NCBI GenBank assembly: GCA_963811105.1
Contig: CAWEPZ010000002.1
Coordinates: 352,001-416,000, forward strand
Length of the DNA: 64,000 bases
Reading direction: 5' to 3'
Origin: Candidatus Bathyarchaeota archaeon
Lineage (GTDB): Archaea > Thermoproteota > Bathyarchaeia > Bathyarchaeales > Bathycorpusculaceae
Numbering within the stretch: the first letter of the stretch is position 1; each line of letters begins with the position of its first letter. The translations under genes were made by a program, and so were the position numbers. The notes beneath the pieces are model-generated. The model was given only the letters and a program-made list of their open reading frames with translations, made no database searches and had not been told where the DNA came from. Positions 20,652-31,411 of this stretch are shown here, piece by piece.

Positions 20652-20816
20652 AAAGTTCGTTTGTTTTTTTAATAGATAATCCAAGTGCGTTAACAAAGTA
20701 GCTTATTGAGAGTGAGAAAGGCGATTTTTATTTTTGAGCCAGCGAAGGCAAGTTGGGAAAGAACGCAACTTCTTTAATATCCTGAATATACTAGTTATTT
20801 TTTGAGGAATCAAGTT

Positions 20817-21506
20817 ATGTCAATTCAGAAAATACCCGAAAAAAACGCTATTCTTTTCGTTTGGTTCAACCAATACGCTGGAATACTTCTAAAGACCCCC
20901 AGTAAAACTCTTGCAATTGACCCAGTAGATGTCAAAGCTAGAAGCCTTCAAAAGGTAGATGCGATCCTCATAACACACGAACACTACGACCATTTGGACC
21001 CCCGATTAATCGCTGAAATCCAAAAAGCTACAGACTGCAGAATAATCGCTGATTCTGCGTCAACCAGAAAACTCCAATATACTATACCTGCTGACAAACT
21101 TCAACAAACTAAACAGGGCGATGAAATCAAAATCGGCGAGGTCTCAATTAAAACTGAGAAATGTAATCACACCGCTCAATCACCCGTAACTTATATCATA
21201 ACAAGCGAAGATGGCGTGAAAGTGTATCACACTGCAGACAGCTTGCCATTTCCAGAACTAGCACTTATGGGTCAAAAAGAAAGATTTGACGTTGTTTTTT
21301 GCACCGTTGGCATAGCACCAGGATCCTCCCCACAAACAGGATTTGAAATCGCTCGATTAACTAAACCTCAAGTTGCAGTGCCTTACCACACGGCGTCGGC
21401 GGTTAGCCAAACAGAGTTTGCGGAGTTGTTGAAGAAGGAGTTGCCCAGAACTGCATGCTTGATTCCTGAGCAAAACAAGATCTATCAAGTATCAAAAAGG
21501 AAGTGA
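20817..21506 (+). CDS. MBL-fold metallo-hydrolase
   Basis: THEHYDH motif. Confidence 0.85.
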   Translation: MSIQKIPEKNAILFVWFNQYAGILLKTPSKTLAIDPVDVKARSLQKVDAILITHEHYDHLDPRLIAEIQKATDCRIIADSASTRKLQYTIPADKLQQTKQGDEIKIGEVSIKTEKCNHTAQSPVTYIITSEDGVKVYHTADSLPFPELALMGQKERFDVVFCTVGIAPGSSPQTGFEIARLTKPQVAVPYHTASAVSQTEFAELLKKELPRTACLIPEQNKIYQVSKRK

Positions 21507-22141
21507 AAAGCTTGAAAGTGGAAAAAGTGAGTCAAGAAAAGAAAGATAAAATGGCAAACATACTATTCAAAATTGACGCAATAAAATTCGGAGTGTTCAA
21601 ACTATCCAGTGGAAAAGCCAGCCCTTACTACATCGACCTAAGAGTGATCCCCAGTTTTCCAGATGCATTCAGGGAAATCTGCGACTTCTATGCTGAATAC
21701 ATAAACTCTCAAATCGGCGCAAAAAACTTTGACCGAATCGTAGGAGTACCAGTGACAGGAATTATTTTTGCATCTCAGGTGTCATACAACCTTAGAAAAC
21801 CATTCATTTATGTTCGCAAAGGTATCCGACTACATGGAAGAGAAAGAAGAGTAGAAGGATGCTTATCATCAGGAGACAAAGTCCTATTAATTGATGATTT
21901 AGTCACCACTGGCTTAACGCTTACAAAAACCGCGGAAGCAGTCAGAGCTGAAGGCGGAGTTGTGACAGATGCAATAGTTTTTCTGGACAGAGAAGAAGGC
22001 GGAAAAAAGAAGCTTGAGAAGAGCGGCATAAAACTTCAAGCAATGCTAAAGATAAGTGAGATAGCTAAAACACTATATGACAATGGCGCGATAGACGAAG
22101 AAAGTGTAAAAACAATCTTGAAACAAGTCAAAAAAGAATAG
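21503..22141 (+). CDS. pyrE: Orotate phosphoribosyltransferase
   Basis: FKLSSGKASPYYIDLR, LIDDLVTTG. Confidence 0.93.
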   Translation: MKSLKVEKVSQEKKDKMANILFKIDAIKFGVFKLSSGKASPYYIDLRVIPSFPDAFREICDFYAEYINSQIGAKNFDRIVGVPVTGIIFASQVSYNLRKPFIYVRKGIRLHGRERRVEGCLSSGDKVLLIDDLVTTGLTLTKTAEAVRAEGGVVTDAIVFLDREEGGKKKLEKSGIKLQAMLKISEIAKTLYDNGAIDEESVKTILKQVKKE

Positions 22142-22147
22142 TTTCGT

Positions 22148-22708
22148 TTATTCATAGAATATCAGAGTAGTCTCTTCAAGTAGCGTATGCAATTTTTCTA
22201 CAGCCACAAAAACATCTTCTTCTTTCTTGGCTCCAGTACAAACAAGCTTTCCACTTGCAAAAAGTAGGACCACAACCTTTGGCTCTTGCATCCTGTATAT
22301 TAAGCCTGGAAATTGTTCAGGTTCATACATTGCATGGCCAAGCGAATAAGCCGCTTTTTCTAAGTCAATCATGCCCCCAAGTCCACCGGAGGCAACGATA
22401 TTTTGAATTTTGAGTTCTGGTTTGCTGATAATTATTATGCCGCCTTTCTTAAGTTCTTTAACAACTTTCATGACAGCTCGGCGAGCTTCTTTTTCTGATT
22501 TGGCGCCAGTGCAAACCATCTTTCCTGAACTAAAAATTAATGTTGCTGTTTTTGGACGTTTTAGTCTAAAAACTAATCCTGGAAACTGTTCAGGACGGTA
22601 TTCTACTCCCGGATAACCTTTTACAACTGCATTCAAATCAACTTTCTGGTTCAGCGTTGCAGAAGCGACCACGTTCTCGATGCTTATTGTAGCTTTGACT
22701 TTTGGCAA
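22148..22708 (-). CDS. tbp: TATA-box-binding protein
   Basis: Two repeats: NVVAS..PEQFPGL..IFSSGKMVCTG and NIVAS..PEQFPGL..LFASGKLVCTG. Confidence 0.98.
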   Translation of the reverse strand: MPKVKATISIENVVASATLNQKVDLNAVVKGYPGVEYRPEQFPGLVFRLKRPKTATLIFSSGKMVCTGAKSEKEARRAVMKVVKELKKGGIIIISKPELKIQNIVASGGLGGMIDLEKAAYSLGHAMYEPEQFPGLIYRMQEPKVVVLLFASGKLVCTGAKKEEDVFVAVEKLHTLLEETTLIFYE

Positions 22709-22781
22709 TCAATTCCCCTCTTTCTTTAACCGCCCTTAAATATCCCTTTATCAAAGGCAGACTTTATAAATACATCTGTGG

Positions 22782-23456
22782 CTACGATTTTGCATTTTCT
22801 TGTTGTGCAGTTTTCTTCTTCTCCCTGATTGCAGGAATAATAAATTCAACGACAACAAGTAGTAGAATAAGCGCAATAATTAATGGTAATCCCAAAGAAC
22901 TTTTCTGCATAACAAGTGCTACCCAACCAAACCAAGGAATCCGAATTATCACTTTTCCGACAACCAAGTTTTGTGAAACTCCCGCTGGATTATTATAGTC
23001 CCATGGGTCCTTGCCTCCCGTTGGAGTTTCTGGCCATGGGTTTCCATTGCCATCCCCTTTAGTCTGATAATATATGGTGCCATTGATGTTGGTCGCTGCA
23101 ATTATACGGTGTATTATAGGCGTGCCGCCAGGATCATTTGGGTCATAAAAAACAATTATATCACTGTTCGGATAGTCCGTTTTTAGGTCTTTAGGGTTCA
23201 CGCCTTGAATAACTACTATATCCCCGGTGTGCAAGGTATGAGCAAACGGATGAGTTAAGCTATTCCAGCCGACACAACCTTCAACACCATAAGAAACGCA
23301 CATGCTACCGCTTTCCACAACAACTACAGGGCCATAAGACACGTTAAGCGCTATTTTCAAACCAAAAAATAAGCCAAGAACTATGGCAACAACCAAGATT
23401 ATTGCAGCTATCGTTTTGAAATAGTCGTTTTCCCATAGTCGTTTTAGCCTAATCAA
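22782..23456 (-). CDS. Signal peptidase I (Sec11-type)
   Basis: VVESGSM, GDIVV, IIHRI, TKGDGN; TM helices at both ends. Confidence 0.9.
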   Translation of the reverse strand: MIRLKRLWENDYFKTIAAIILVVAIVLGLFFGLKIALNVSYGPVVVVESGSMCVSYGVEGCVGWNSLTHPFAHTLHTGDIVVIQGVNPKDLKTDYPNSDIIVFYDPNDPGGTPIIHRIIAATNINGTIYYQTKGDGNGNPWPETPTGGKDPWDYNNPAGVSQNLVVGKVIIRIPWFGWVALVMQKSSLGLPLIIALILLLVVVEFIIPAIREKKKTAQQENAKS

Positions 23457-23586
23457 ACTTTAGCCGCTCTGGTGAAGTGTTTCCTTCTCATTAAGAGTTC
23501 CGGTGTTTTAAAACTTACCCTTTCTTATCAAAAGAAAAAATAAAAAGAGATGGAGATAGTCTACTAGTTAAATTCTGGTTGTGCGC

Positions 23587-23757
23587 TTAAATTTTCTTTT
23601 TACTTAATACTTCGCGGAATACATTACCGCATTTAGGGCATTCGTAGAGTCCTATTTCCAGTTGTATACGCTTTCCAGTTTTGTCTGGACGACCTGCCAT
23701 TTTCCATGACTTCTTCGGTTTTGCAACTTCGGTTCCGCATTTTGGATATTTTGCCAT
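23587..23757 (-). CDS. Cren7-like small basic protein with Zn-ribbon-type cysteines (not in ORF track)
   Basis: Hand translation MAKYPKCGTEVAKPKKSWKMAGRPDKTGKRIQLEIGLYECPKCGNVFREVLSKKKI; GGAGG RBS; P.K.W...IGL[FY].....G..FR pattern as in Cren7. Confidence 0.8.
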   Translation of the reverse strand: MAKYPKCGTEVAKPKKSWKMAGRPDKTGKRIQLEIGLYECPKCGNVFREVLSKKKI

Positions 23758-24076
23758 TCTTATTCCTCCATATTACCTTTTTCATGCTTTGCTTAATAGA
23801 ACAAAAAACTTTCCATAGTCTTCAAATAGATATTTTTCATTTTAACATGGTGGTTAAACACATTTTTGGGAATTTCAGAAAAATACCGTTAAAGGAAACG
23901 GTTGAAAATAGTCGAAAAAATCATGGACATTATTAAAAAACAACAATAATCAAACCAGCTAATGACATCAAAAGTTAAATGACATAAAGAACCTGCGGTT
24001 CAATTAAATCTGCCCTAACGTTTTTAATAGCAGAACTCTAGCTTAACATAGCATCAGATTAAAGGTCCGCTTTATA

Positions 24077-26947
24077 TTGGAAGCAACTTCTGAAAACGCT
24101 TTTGAAATGCTTGTGAAGCCAGTGCGAAGGCTTATAGAGAGGAAAGGCTTCTCAAAACCTACTGAACCTCAAGAAAAAACAATCCCAAAAATCCTAGACG
24201 GCAAAAGTGTTCTCTTAATTTCTCCCACAGCCACAGGGAAAACAGAAGCCGCTTTCCTGCCAGTGCTAAGCATGCTTCTTAAGGAACCCAAGACGCCAGG
24301 GATAAAAGTGCTCTATATTACACCGCTGCGTGCTCTAAACAGGGACTTGCTTGAGCGGCTTCAGTGGTGGTGCAACAGCCTGGACATACGTCTTGCTGTT
24401 AGGCACGGTGACACGGAAACAAAAGAAAGAACTCGCCAATCTCGCAGCCCTCCAGATATTCTAATAACTACTCCTGAAACATTGCAAGCTGTTCTTTCTG
24501 GCTGGATTTTGCGTCAGCATTTGCAAAGTTTACGGTGGGTAATAATTGATGAGGTACACGAGTTAGCCGACAGTAAACGCGGAAGCCAACTTTCTTTGGC
24601 GTTGGAACGAATCAGAAGTTTAATTGGTAAAGAATTCCAAATGATTGGTTTATCCGCCACTATTGGTAGCCCAGAAAAAGTTGCTCAGTTCCTGGTCGGC
24701 AACAATCGACCTGTGGAAATCGTCCGTGTTCCTGTGGCCAAAATGGTGAAGCTGCAGGTAATTTACCCTAAGCCAATTGAGGAAGACATGCGGTTAGCAG
24801 CCAAAATTTACACGCATCCTGAGGTAGCGGCTAGACTACGAATTATTCGCGATTACATGAGCAAGCGTAAATCCGTACTTTTATTCACAAACACTCGTTC
24901 CATCTCAGAAGTTTTGGCTTCTCGCTTTAAGGTTTGGGATATTGATTTTCCAATATCAATTCATCATGGCTCGCTAGCTAAGGTTTCACGGATAGCTGCG
25001 GAAACTGGATTAAAGCGTGGGGAACTTAAGGGCTTAATCGCTACAAGCAGTCTTGAATTAGGCATTGACGTTGGAGTTATAGACCTCGTTATTCAATATA
25101 TGAGTCCCCGACAGGTTACCCGGCTTATTCAGCGCGTTGGACGGGCAGGGCACACCTACGGAGATGTTGCTGAAGGAGTAGTAATCGGGATGGATTCCGA
25201 TGATACCCTTGAAGCCTTAGTTATCGCTCGCCGAGCTCTTAATGAAGAGTTAGAGCGCCTTCAAATTCCAGACAAACCCTATGATGTTTTAGTTCATCAA
25301 ATTGCTGGGTTAATGCTGAAAAACAGGCGGTTAGAATTTAGCGGTGTTCTAGACTTGGCTCGCAAAGCTGCTCCCTTTGAGAACTTAACATTGGAAGATG
25401 TCTCAAAAGCTTTCAAATATATGCATGAGCGTTTTCCACGTTTAGCCTGGGTATCTTTTGAAGACCAAGTTGCTCTAAAGCCTCAGCGATCTAAGGCCCT
25501 TTTTGAATACTATTTTGATAATTTGTCAATGATTCCTGAGGAAAAACAGTTCCTTGTAATAGACGAGTCAACTGACACTTCTATCGGCGTTTTAGATGAA
25601 GCCTTCATGGCGGAATATGGCAAACCAGGAACCAAATTTATCATAAGAGGTAGCCCATGGCAAATAATCCATGCCTCAGAAGACAAAGTGTACGTTCGCC
25701 CAGTTGACGACCCTACAGGGTCAATTCCTAGCTGGATAGGCGAAGAAATCCCAGTGCCATACGAGATAGCGCAGGAACTAGCAGAAATACGTGGTTTTGT
25801 TGAAGAAAAAATTCGTTATGGGCTTTCACCTCAAGAAGTGAGTGCTTTGCTTTCAAAGCGTTACCCAGCTGATGAAGAGACGATCTTGCATGCGTTAGCG
25901 GAGACAATTGAGCAAGTTGACATTGGTTTTAAAGTTCCTACAAGTAAGCTTATTGTGGTTGAGGATTGGGGCGAATTCATTATTATTCACTCAAATTTTG
26001 GTTCACTAATTAATCGTGCCTTAGCCCAGTTGCTCGGAGAAGTGTTGTCTGATAAGCTTGGACGTGGCATTGTGGTGCAACATGATCCCTACCGTATCTT
26101 TGTGCAGACCATGGGTACCATGAGCGCCGAAAGGCTGGTTGAAGTTTTCAACGAAATAAAAGAGATGAGCCCACAAGCGATTAAGGACACTCTGACTAGA
26201 TCAACGGTGAAGACTGGATTATTCAAGAGACGGGTAATTCAAGTTGCAAGACGTTTTGGTGCATTAAAGAAGTGGGCTGATTTTAGTAATGTAAGCATTC
26301 AAAAATTAATTAAGAGTTTTGAAGGCTCGCCGATTTATGAAGAAGGCTTAAAGGAAGTTTTCTCTAAAGACCTTGATGCTGAGGGGCTTGTTATGGTAAT
26401 TAGGCGGATTCATGATGGCCATGTAGGTCTGCAGGTGATTATTACTGGGGGTGACGTGACACCAATTGCTCGTGTGGGTATAGAGCGGGTAAGCATGAAA
26501 ACAGACCTTATTCCTCCTGAGAAGATGCGTGCAGTCCTTATTGCGGCTGCTAAGGCAAGATTGCTTAATGAAATGGGCAACTTTGTTTGCACTAACTGCT
26601 GGGATTACATGGAAACTATTCGAATCAAGGATTTGCCTGATAAACCTAAGTGCCCCAGATGTGGCTCTTTTTCTCTTGGTTTGTTGAAGGTAGAAGAGGA
26701 GAAGGCTTTGCCGTTGATTGAAAAGAAGGAACATTTGACAAAAGATGAGGAGAAGATGCAGTTACGCGCTAGGCAAACTGCTGAGTTGATTAGAAAATAC
26801 GGTAAAGTGGCTGCAGTGGCGTTGAGCGCCAGAAGAGTTCAAACGCAGGATATTGCTGGTGCGCTTGAAAAGGAGCCCAAGCCTTCGGACCGATTTTACG
26901 AATTGGTTATGGAAGCTGAACGTAAAGCTTTAAACACACGGTTCTGA
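24077..26947 (+). CDS. lhr: Lhr-like SF2 helicase
   Basis: PTATGKT, PLRALNRD, DEVH, SAT, TSSLELGID, QRVGRAGH; C-terminal CxxC..CxxC. Confidence 0.93.
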   Translation: MEATSENAFEMLVKPVRRLIERKGFSKPTEPQEKTIPKILDGKSVLLISPTATGKTEAAFLPVLSMLLKEPKTPGIKVLYITPLRALNRDLLERLQWWCNSLDIRLAVRHGDTETKERTRQSRSPPDILITTPETLQAVLSGWILRQHLQSLRWVIIDEVHELADSKRGSQLSLALERIRSLIGKEFQMIGLSATIGSPEKVAQFLVGNNRPVEIVRVPVAKMVKLQVIYPKPIEEDMRLAAKIYTHPEVAARLRIIRDYMSKRKSVLLFTNTRSISEVLASRFKVWDIDFPISIHHGSLAKVSRIAAETGLKRGELKGLIATSSLELGIDVGVIDLVIQYMSPRQVTRLIQRVGRAGHTYGDVAEGVVIGMDSDDTLEALVIARRALNEELERLQIPDKPYDVLVHQIAGLMLKNRRLEFSGVLDLARKAAPFENLTLEDVSKAFKYMHERFPRLAWVSFEDQVALKPQRSKALFEYYFDNLSMIPEEKQFLVIDESTDTSIGVLDEAFMAEYGKPGTKFIIRGSPWQIIHASEDKVYVRPVDDPTGSIPSWIGEEIPVPYEIAQELAEIRGFVEEKIRYGLSPQEVSALLSKRYPADEETILHALAETIEQVDIGFKVPTSKLIVVEDWGEFIIIHSNFGSLINRALAQLLGEVLSDKLGRGIVVQHDPYRIFVQTMGTMSAERLVEVFNEIKEMSPQAIKDTLTRSTVKTGLFKRRVIQVARRFGALKKWADFSNVSIQKLIKSFEGSPIYEEGLKEVFSKDLDAEGLVMVIRRIHDGHVGLQVIITGGDVTPIARVGIERVSMKTDLIPPEKMRAVLIAAAKARLLNEMGNFVCTNCWDYMETIRIKDLPDKPKCPRCGSFSLGLLKVEEEKALPLIEKKEHLTKDEEKMQLRARQTAELIRKYGKVAAVALSARRVQTQDIAGALEKEPKPSDRFYELVMEAERKALNTRF

Positions 26948-26989
26948 AATTGCTTCATTCTTTGTTAAGGATCTTCTAATGTTTCTCTT

Positions 26990-27960
26990 TTTCTTATCAA
27001 GGGGAAAGTTAAGCCTGAATCTTGTTTGTTTACCAATGATAGATAACTTTTCAATAATAGTTAAGGCCCTGAAATTGAATAAAGAGGTATCCAATCATAC
27101 TCATGCATTAGTGAGGCTGCATTTCTTTTTAGTATGTCTTCACGAAAAAGAATTCTATATTGCTGTAAAAGAAAAATGGCAGATTTGCTATAGCAAGAAA
27201 AGCCACCACCCTAAAAGAAAATGCCTTCTTCCTTGTTTATTATACCATATAATTAGGGTAAGGGCGAGAACGTAAGCACGAGGATCAAACACACTTATCG
27301 CTAGGAAAGCCGCTGAAAGCCATGGTCTTTTAGAGCACCCGAAATATAGGGTACCTATTAAAAAAACAGTTTGGATTACACGAGCGTTTGCTAAACACAC
27401 ATCCATTAGTAACTTGTCTAAAAAGTCTGATGATTAAAACTGCCGAATCTATACTAAAGAAAGTTAAGTTCATACAGGGGCAAAGGTAGACTTGGCAGAG
27501 GCTCAATTTAGACAATGATAGATGCAATAGAACCCAAAACTATGTTTTTGTTTTTCACTATTTTGTAAATAAAGAAAGGCAGAAGTAAAATTGAAGCAAA
27601 CTGGACAATGTCAAATGTGTTAAGCGCATACTGGTAGCTCAGAGTAAGAAATGTGGCTAAAAAAATCAAGAAGGACGGCGTATACTTGAATGTTCGGGTT
27701 ATTCCAATAATCTGGTAATTGCCCGGTTTACTGCCTGCAAAGTAGATTGTGGCTGGACTATGAATAATCGCCACTCAGCAATATAGTATGCGGAAAAATC
27801 TCGTGCCATAATCGGGGATTTTGGAGTGAATGTGGTTGGATATGCCTAGAACAAAGTACTAGCGTTCAATACGACGGCTATAGCTATGGTTATTACCAAA
27901 GTGAGTATTATTTTCTTATGTTTAAGAAGCAATTGTTTCGTTTTTCTTTTTGTCAAAATT
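26990..27960 (-). pseudogene. Fragmented multi-TM protein, possibly GT-C/GT87-like
   Basis: Several short hydrophobic minus-strand ORFs in different frames (FKYTPSF, FDPR); boundaries approximate. Confidence 0.45.
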
Positions 27961-28147
27961 GACTAAAATAGCTTATTAGCCTTTTGAGAGACCGACCTTT
28001 AGATGTTTCCAAGACCTTTGTAAAAGAAATTGGTTATTTATCAATTTATAGCCAGTAATTGGTTTGGCCGCTAATTACAGCAACTTTTTAAGTACAGAAG
28101 GGTTATTTTGCTTATCTGCTTAATGTGGCCGTAGGAGACTTTAGAGA

Positions 28148-28474
28148 GTGGAAATTAGTCGAAAGAATTTACGCAGTGAAGTTCTCGAACGTATCAAATA
28201 CGTTAAAACTTGTGTCATGGCTAGAGAGCTTTGCTTACTTGTTCGCACTAACCGAGCCGTCTTAGAACCAAAGGATGTGCATGAAGTATGCCAGTACATT
28301 TCGCGTTTATGTAAAGAAGAAGGGTGCAGTGAGCCAAGTGAACTCTGTACGAAAGCGGCTAACGCTGTTGACTCGAAGGACGAAGAGAAATACCTTGATT
28401 TATGCGCTCAAAGCTGTCTCAAATGCGGCGAAGCCAGAAGACCTGTTCCTAAGAAAGACGCTTATGTGGCATAA
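28148..28474 (+). CDS. Cys-rich helical hypothetical protein
   Basis: 108 aa with 9 Cys; co-directional with the downstream methyltransferase. Confidence 0.75.
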   Translation: MEISRKNLRSEVLERIKYVKTCVMARELCLLVRTNRAVLEPKDVHEVCQYISRLCKEEGCSEPSELCTKAANAVDSKDEEKYLDLCAQSCLKCGEARRPVPKKDAYVA

Positions 28475-28515
28475 CAAGTATGAACGCATTAGATTGCAAC
28501 TCGGGTGAAGATTGA

Positions 28516-28992
28516 ATGTTTATTGCTCCTTTTGTTCCAAGTCCAAATACAGTTGTAGAATACATGCTAAAACTTGCAGGCTTGAAAGCTGGCGAAGTCC
28601 TTTTTGATATGGGTTCCGGAGACGGTCGAACAGTTGTTATGGCCGCCAAAACATTTGGCGCCCGAGGCGTTGGCATTGAACTCAGAGATGATTTGGCGAA
28701 AAAAGCCCTTGGAACTATTCATGAGAACGGTTTGGACGATAGGGTAACAATTATGAACAGCGACATGTTCAACGTTAACTTAACTTCAGCTGACGTTGTT
28801 TACCTATATTTGACGACCAGCGCAAATGAGAAAATTAGGCCTAAACTTGATAGCGACCTCAAAAAGGGTGCACGAGTGGTTTCACATGACTACGAAATTA
28901 TTGGATGGCATCCGGAGAAGGTGGAGAATTTCTGTGAGAACCCCCAGTTAGGCTATCCTTCTCACACAATCTACCTCTATCGGAAGTCATAG
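28516..28992 (+). CDS. Class I SAM methyltransferase resembling archaeal protein-lysine methyltransferase aKMT
   Basis: PFVPSP..VV..ML, DMGSGDGR, ARVVSHDY, HTIYLY. Confidence 0.82.
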   Translation: MFIAPFVPSPNTVVEYMLKLAGLKAGEVLFDMGSGDGRTVVMAAKTFGARGVGIELRDDLAKKALGTIHENGLDDRVTIMNSDMFNVNLTSADVVYLYLTTSANEKIRPKLDSDLKKGARVVSHDYEIIGWHPEKVENFCENPQLGYPSHTIYLYRKS

Positions 28993-29064
28993 CTTATCGA
29001 TTGTTTTTTGGGAAAAGGTTTTTAGCTACATATCTTTCTGACTTGCAAAGAGTGTCCTCTGTAA

Positions 29065-29583
29065 ATGCAGTTTGTTCCATGGCAAAACATAGCTGACTGG
29101 CAATGCAAAGCGTGCGGTTACTGTTGCAAACTCTACAACGTAGTCATAAACTTCAAGGAATGGTTAAACATCGCAAAGTCCTTCGGCGTAGAAACCACAG
29201 TGACAGGTTTAGACCGTTTCTTCATTAAACGCTCCAGCGACGGATCATGCGCATTTCTCTGCAACGATGCAAAAAATTACAGTTGCGAACTGCAAAACGC
29301 GAAACCTGAAGCATGCAAAATCTGGCCCTTCAAAGTACTCTCCGAACCTAAATACGGCGAACCCAACCAAGCAGCATATGACTACGGCGGAGTGCGGCTG
29401 TACATTTATGGAGACAACCTGTGCAGCGGTTTGCGGTATGGCTCTCCAACATGGGATTTCCGTTACACAAAAATAAAAGAATTCACAGAACTAGCATTGG
29501 GAGTTAGGCAGATTCAGTACAAAACTACGAGACCGATCGAGTTTAGGCCACATCATCAATGGGGCAGACAACTATTCCCATAA
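29065..29583 (+). CDS. YkgJ/CxxCxxCC cysteine-cluster protein
   Basis: CKACGYCC, CAFL, KPEACKIWPF. Confidence 0.88.
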   Translation: MQFVPWQNIADWQCKACGYCCKLYNVVINFKEWLNIAKSFGVETTVTGLDRFFIKRSSDGSCAFLCNDAKNYSCELQNAKPEACKIWPFKVLSEPKYGEPNQAAYDYGGVRLYIYGDNLCSGLRYGSPTWDFRYTKIKEFTELALGVRQIQYKTTRPIEFRPHHQWGRQLFP

Positions 29584-29704
29584 AGAGAGTTCTTGAATTC
29601 TAGATTAGCCCTTGGATTGTTTAATTTCTTGGATTAGGTTATTAAGAGAGTTTTAAACTCTTAACCAACAAAACTATCTAATTAACAATAGAGGTTGCTG
29701 TTGT

Positions 29705-30487
29705 ATGTCCAAGGCTAAAGTTGGCGTTTCAATGCTTTACTGCCTAGGCGAGCCATTCAATAGGATGGTTAAGCGTTTAGACACCATGAATACACGTTAC
29801 ATAGAGATTTTAGATGACGGCACACATGAACTTGACAAAAAACGGGTAGAAACCCTCAAAGAAGTAGCCAAATCTTTCAGCTTAGAGTACACCGTACATG
29901 GACCTTTTGCCGACATTAATATCGCTTCCCCATCCAAAGCTATGCTGGATGCGTCCATGAAACGGCTCAAACAGTCCATGGCATTTGCGAACCAGCTGGA
30001 CGCTAAACTTTGGGTTTTTCATCCCGGAGCAAAAACAGGTATCGGCCAATTCTACCCTAATGGCGACTGGAAACAAAACAACAAAAGCATCCAAGAACTC
30101 TCCAAAACAGCCGAACAATACGGCTTAAACATTGCTTTAGAGAACCTGCCAGCAAAATACTATTTCTTCATGAGTAAAGCGGAAGATTTCACGAGATTTT
30201 ATCGTGAAACCAACTTGCCCGTCGGTATAGTTTTGGATTTGGGGCACGCGAATTTAGAAGGGCAAATTGAGCCTTTCTTTAAGCTTTTAGCCGACAAAAT
30301 CACACATATCCACGCTAGCGACAACGACGGTGTCGAAGACCAGCACCTTGGTGTTGGCCAAGGCAAGATTGACTACGAATGGCTTGCGGGAACTTTGGAT
30401 AGACTGAGTTATAACAAATCAGTTATTGTCGAATCAATAACTAATGTTGCACAAAGTATACAGAAACTTAAGCAACTTCTTGCATAG
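29705..30487 (+). CDS. Xylose-isomerase-like TIM barrel (sugar phosphate isomerase/epimerase, AP endonuclease 2 family)
   Basis: HGPF.DIN, HPG, LEN, DLGHA, HASDN...DQH. Confidence 0.85.
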   Translation: MSKAKVGVSMLYCLGEPFNRMVKRLDTMNTRYIEILDDGTHELDKKRVETLKEVAKSFSLEYTVHGPFADINIASPSKAMLDASMKRLKQSMAFANQLDAKLWVFHPGAKTGIGQFYPNGDWKQNNKSIQELSKTAEQYGLNIALENLPAKYYFFMSKAEDFTRFYRETNLPVGIVLDLGHANLEGQIEPFFKLLADKITHIHASDNDGVEDQHLGVGQGKIDYEWLAGTLDRLSYNKSVIVESITNVAQSIQKLKQLLA

Positions 30488-31411
30488 TTATGTTTCTTTG
30501 AGCGTTAATTCAAGCTGCAAAAAATCCTGCCCCAAGAGAGTGTTTGGGAACACTTTTTTCGCCTGTTCTAAAAGCAAACTGGCATCAGGGTACCTTGCGC
30601 TGATATGTGTCAAAACCAACTGCTTAGCCCCTGCTGCCTTCGCCTCTTGTGCTGCCTGGCTTGGCGTAGAATGACCATCCAGAGTCGCCTTATCAGACAG
30701 TGAATCGTCAAATGTGCTTTCGTGAATAACCAAATCAGCATTTACCGCAAACTCTGCAAATCCGTCAAACGGCCTAGTATCGCCTGTGTAAACAATTTTT
30801 CTTCCAGGCCGCGGCGGTCCCATTATATCGCTTGGCTTAATCACTCTGCTGTCATTCAACTTGATTTCTTCGCCTCTTTGTAGCTTAGACCACAATTCGC
30901 CAAGTGGAACTTTGAGTGCTTTGGCTTTTTTGGGATAAAACTTGCCTGGACGCGGCTTTTCTATAAATGCGTAAGCGTAGCTCTCCACTGCATGGCTAGA
31001 CTTGACAGCAGTCACCATGTATTCGTCTTCATTGAGTAATGTGCCTTCAGTTAAAATCTCGTTAATTTCGACGGGAAATGTTAAACCAAAGTTTAATGTT
31101 TCTTTGGTGCAAACAAGAAAATCCTTAATGCCTGGAGGGCCAAAGATAGTGACTGCTTCTTTGCGATCCATAAGCGCCATCGTCTGCAAAACGCCTGGCA
31201 AACCCAACACGTGATCCCCATGCAAATGAGTAATGAATACTCGTAGTTTTTTGTGGAAGCTGACTTTCGCCTGCATCATTTGGCGCTGAGTATTTTCGCC
31301 ACAATCAAACATCCACTGCTCCTTTGCACACTGAATTACCACCGATGGCAAGCTCCTCTTCAATGTAGGAACGCTGCCACTTGTCCCCAAAAACACAACA
31401 CAAATACTCAT
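30488..31411 (-). CDS. rnz: Ribonuclease Z
   Basis: LGTSGSVP, DCGE, THLHGDH, GDTRP, HEST, HST, THISARY. Confidence 0.95.
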   Translation of the reverse strand: MSICVVFLGTSGSVPTLKRSLPSVVIQCAKEQWMFDCGENTQRQMMQAKVSFHKKLRVFITHLHGDHVLGLPGVLQTMALMDRKEAVTIFGPPGIKDFLVCTKETLNFGLTFPVEINEILTEGTLLNEDEYMVTAVKSSHAVESYAYAFIEKPRPGKFYPKKAKALKVPLGELWSKLQRGEEIKLNDSRVIKPSDIMGPPRPGRKIVYTGDTRPFDGFAEFAVNADLVIHESTFDDSLSDKATLDGHSTPSQAAQEAKAAGAKQLVLTHISARYPDASLLLEQAKKVFPNTLLGQDFLQLELTLKET

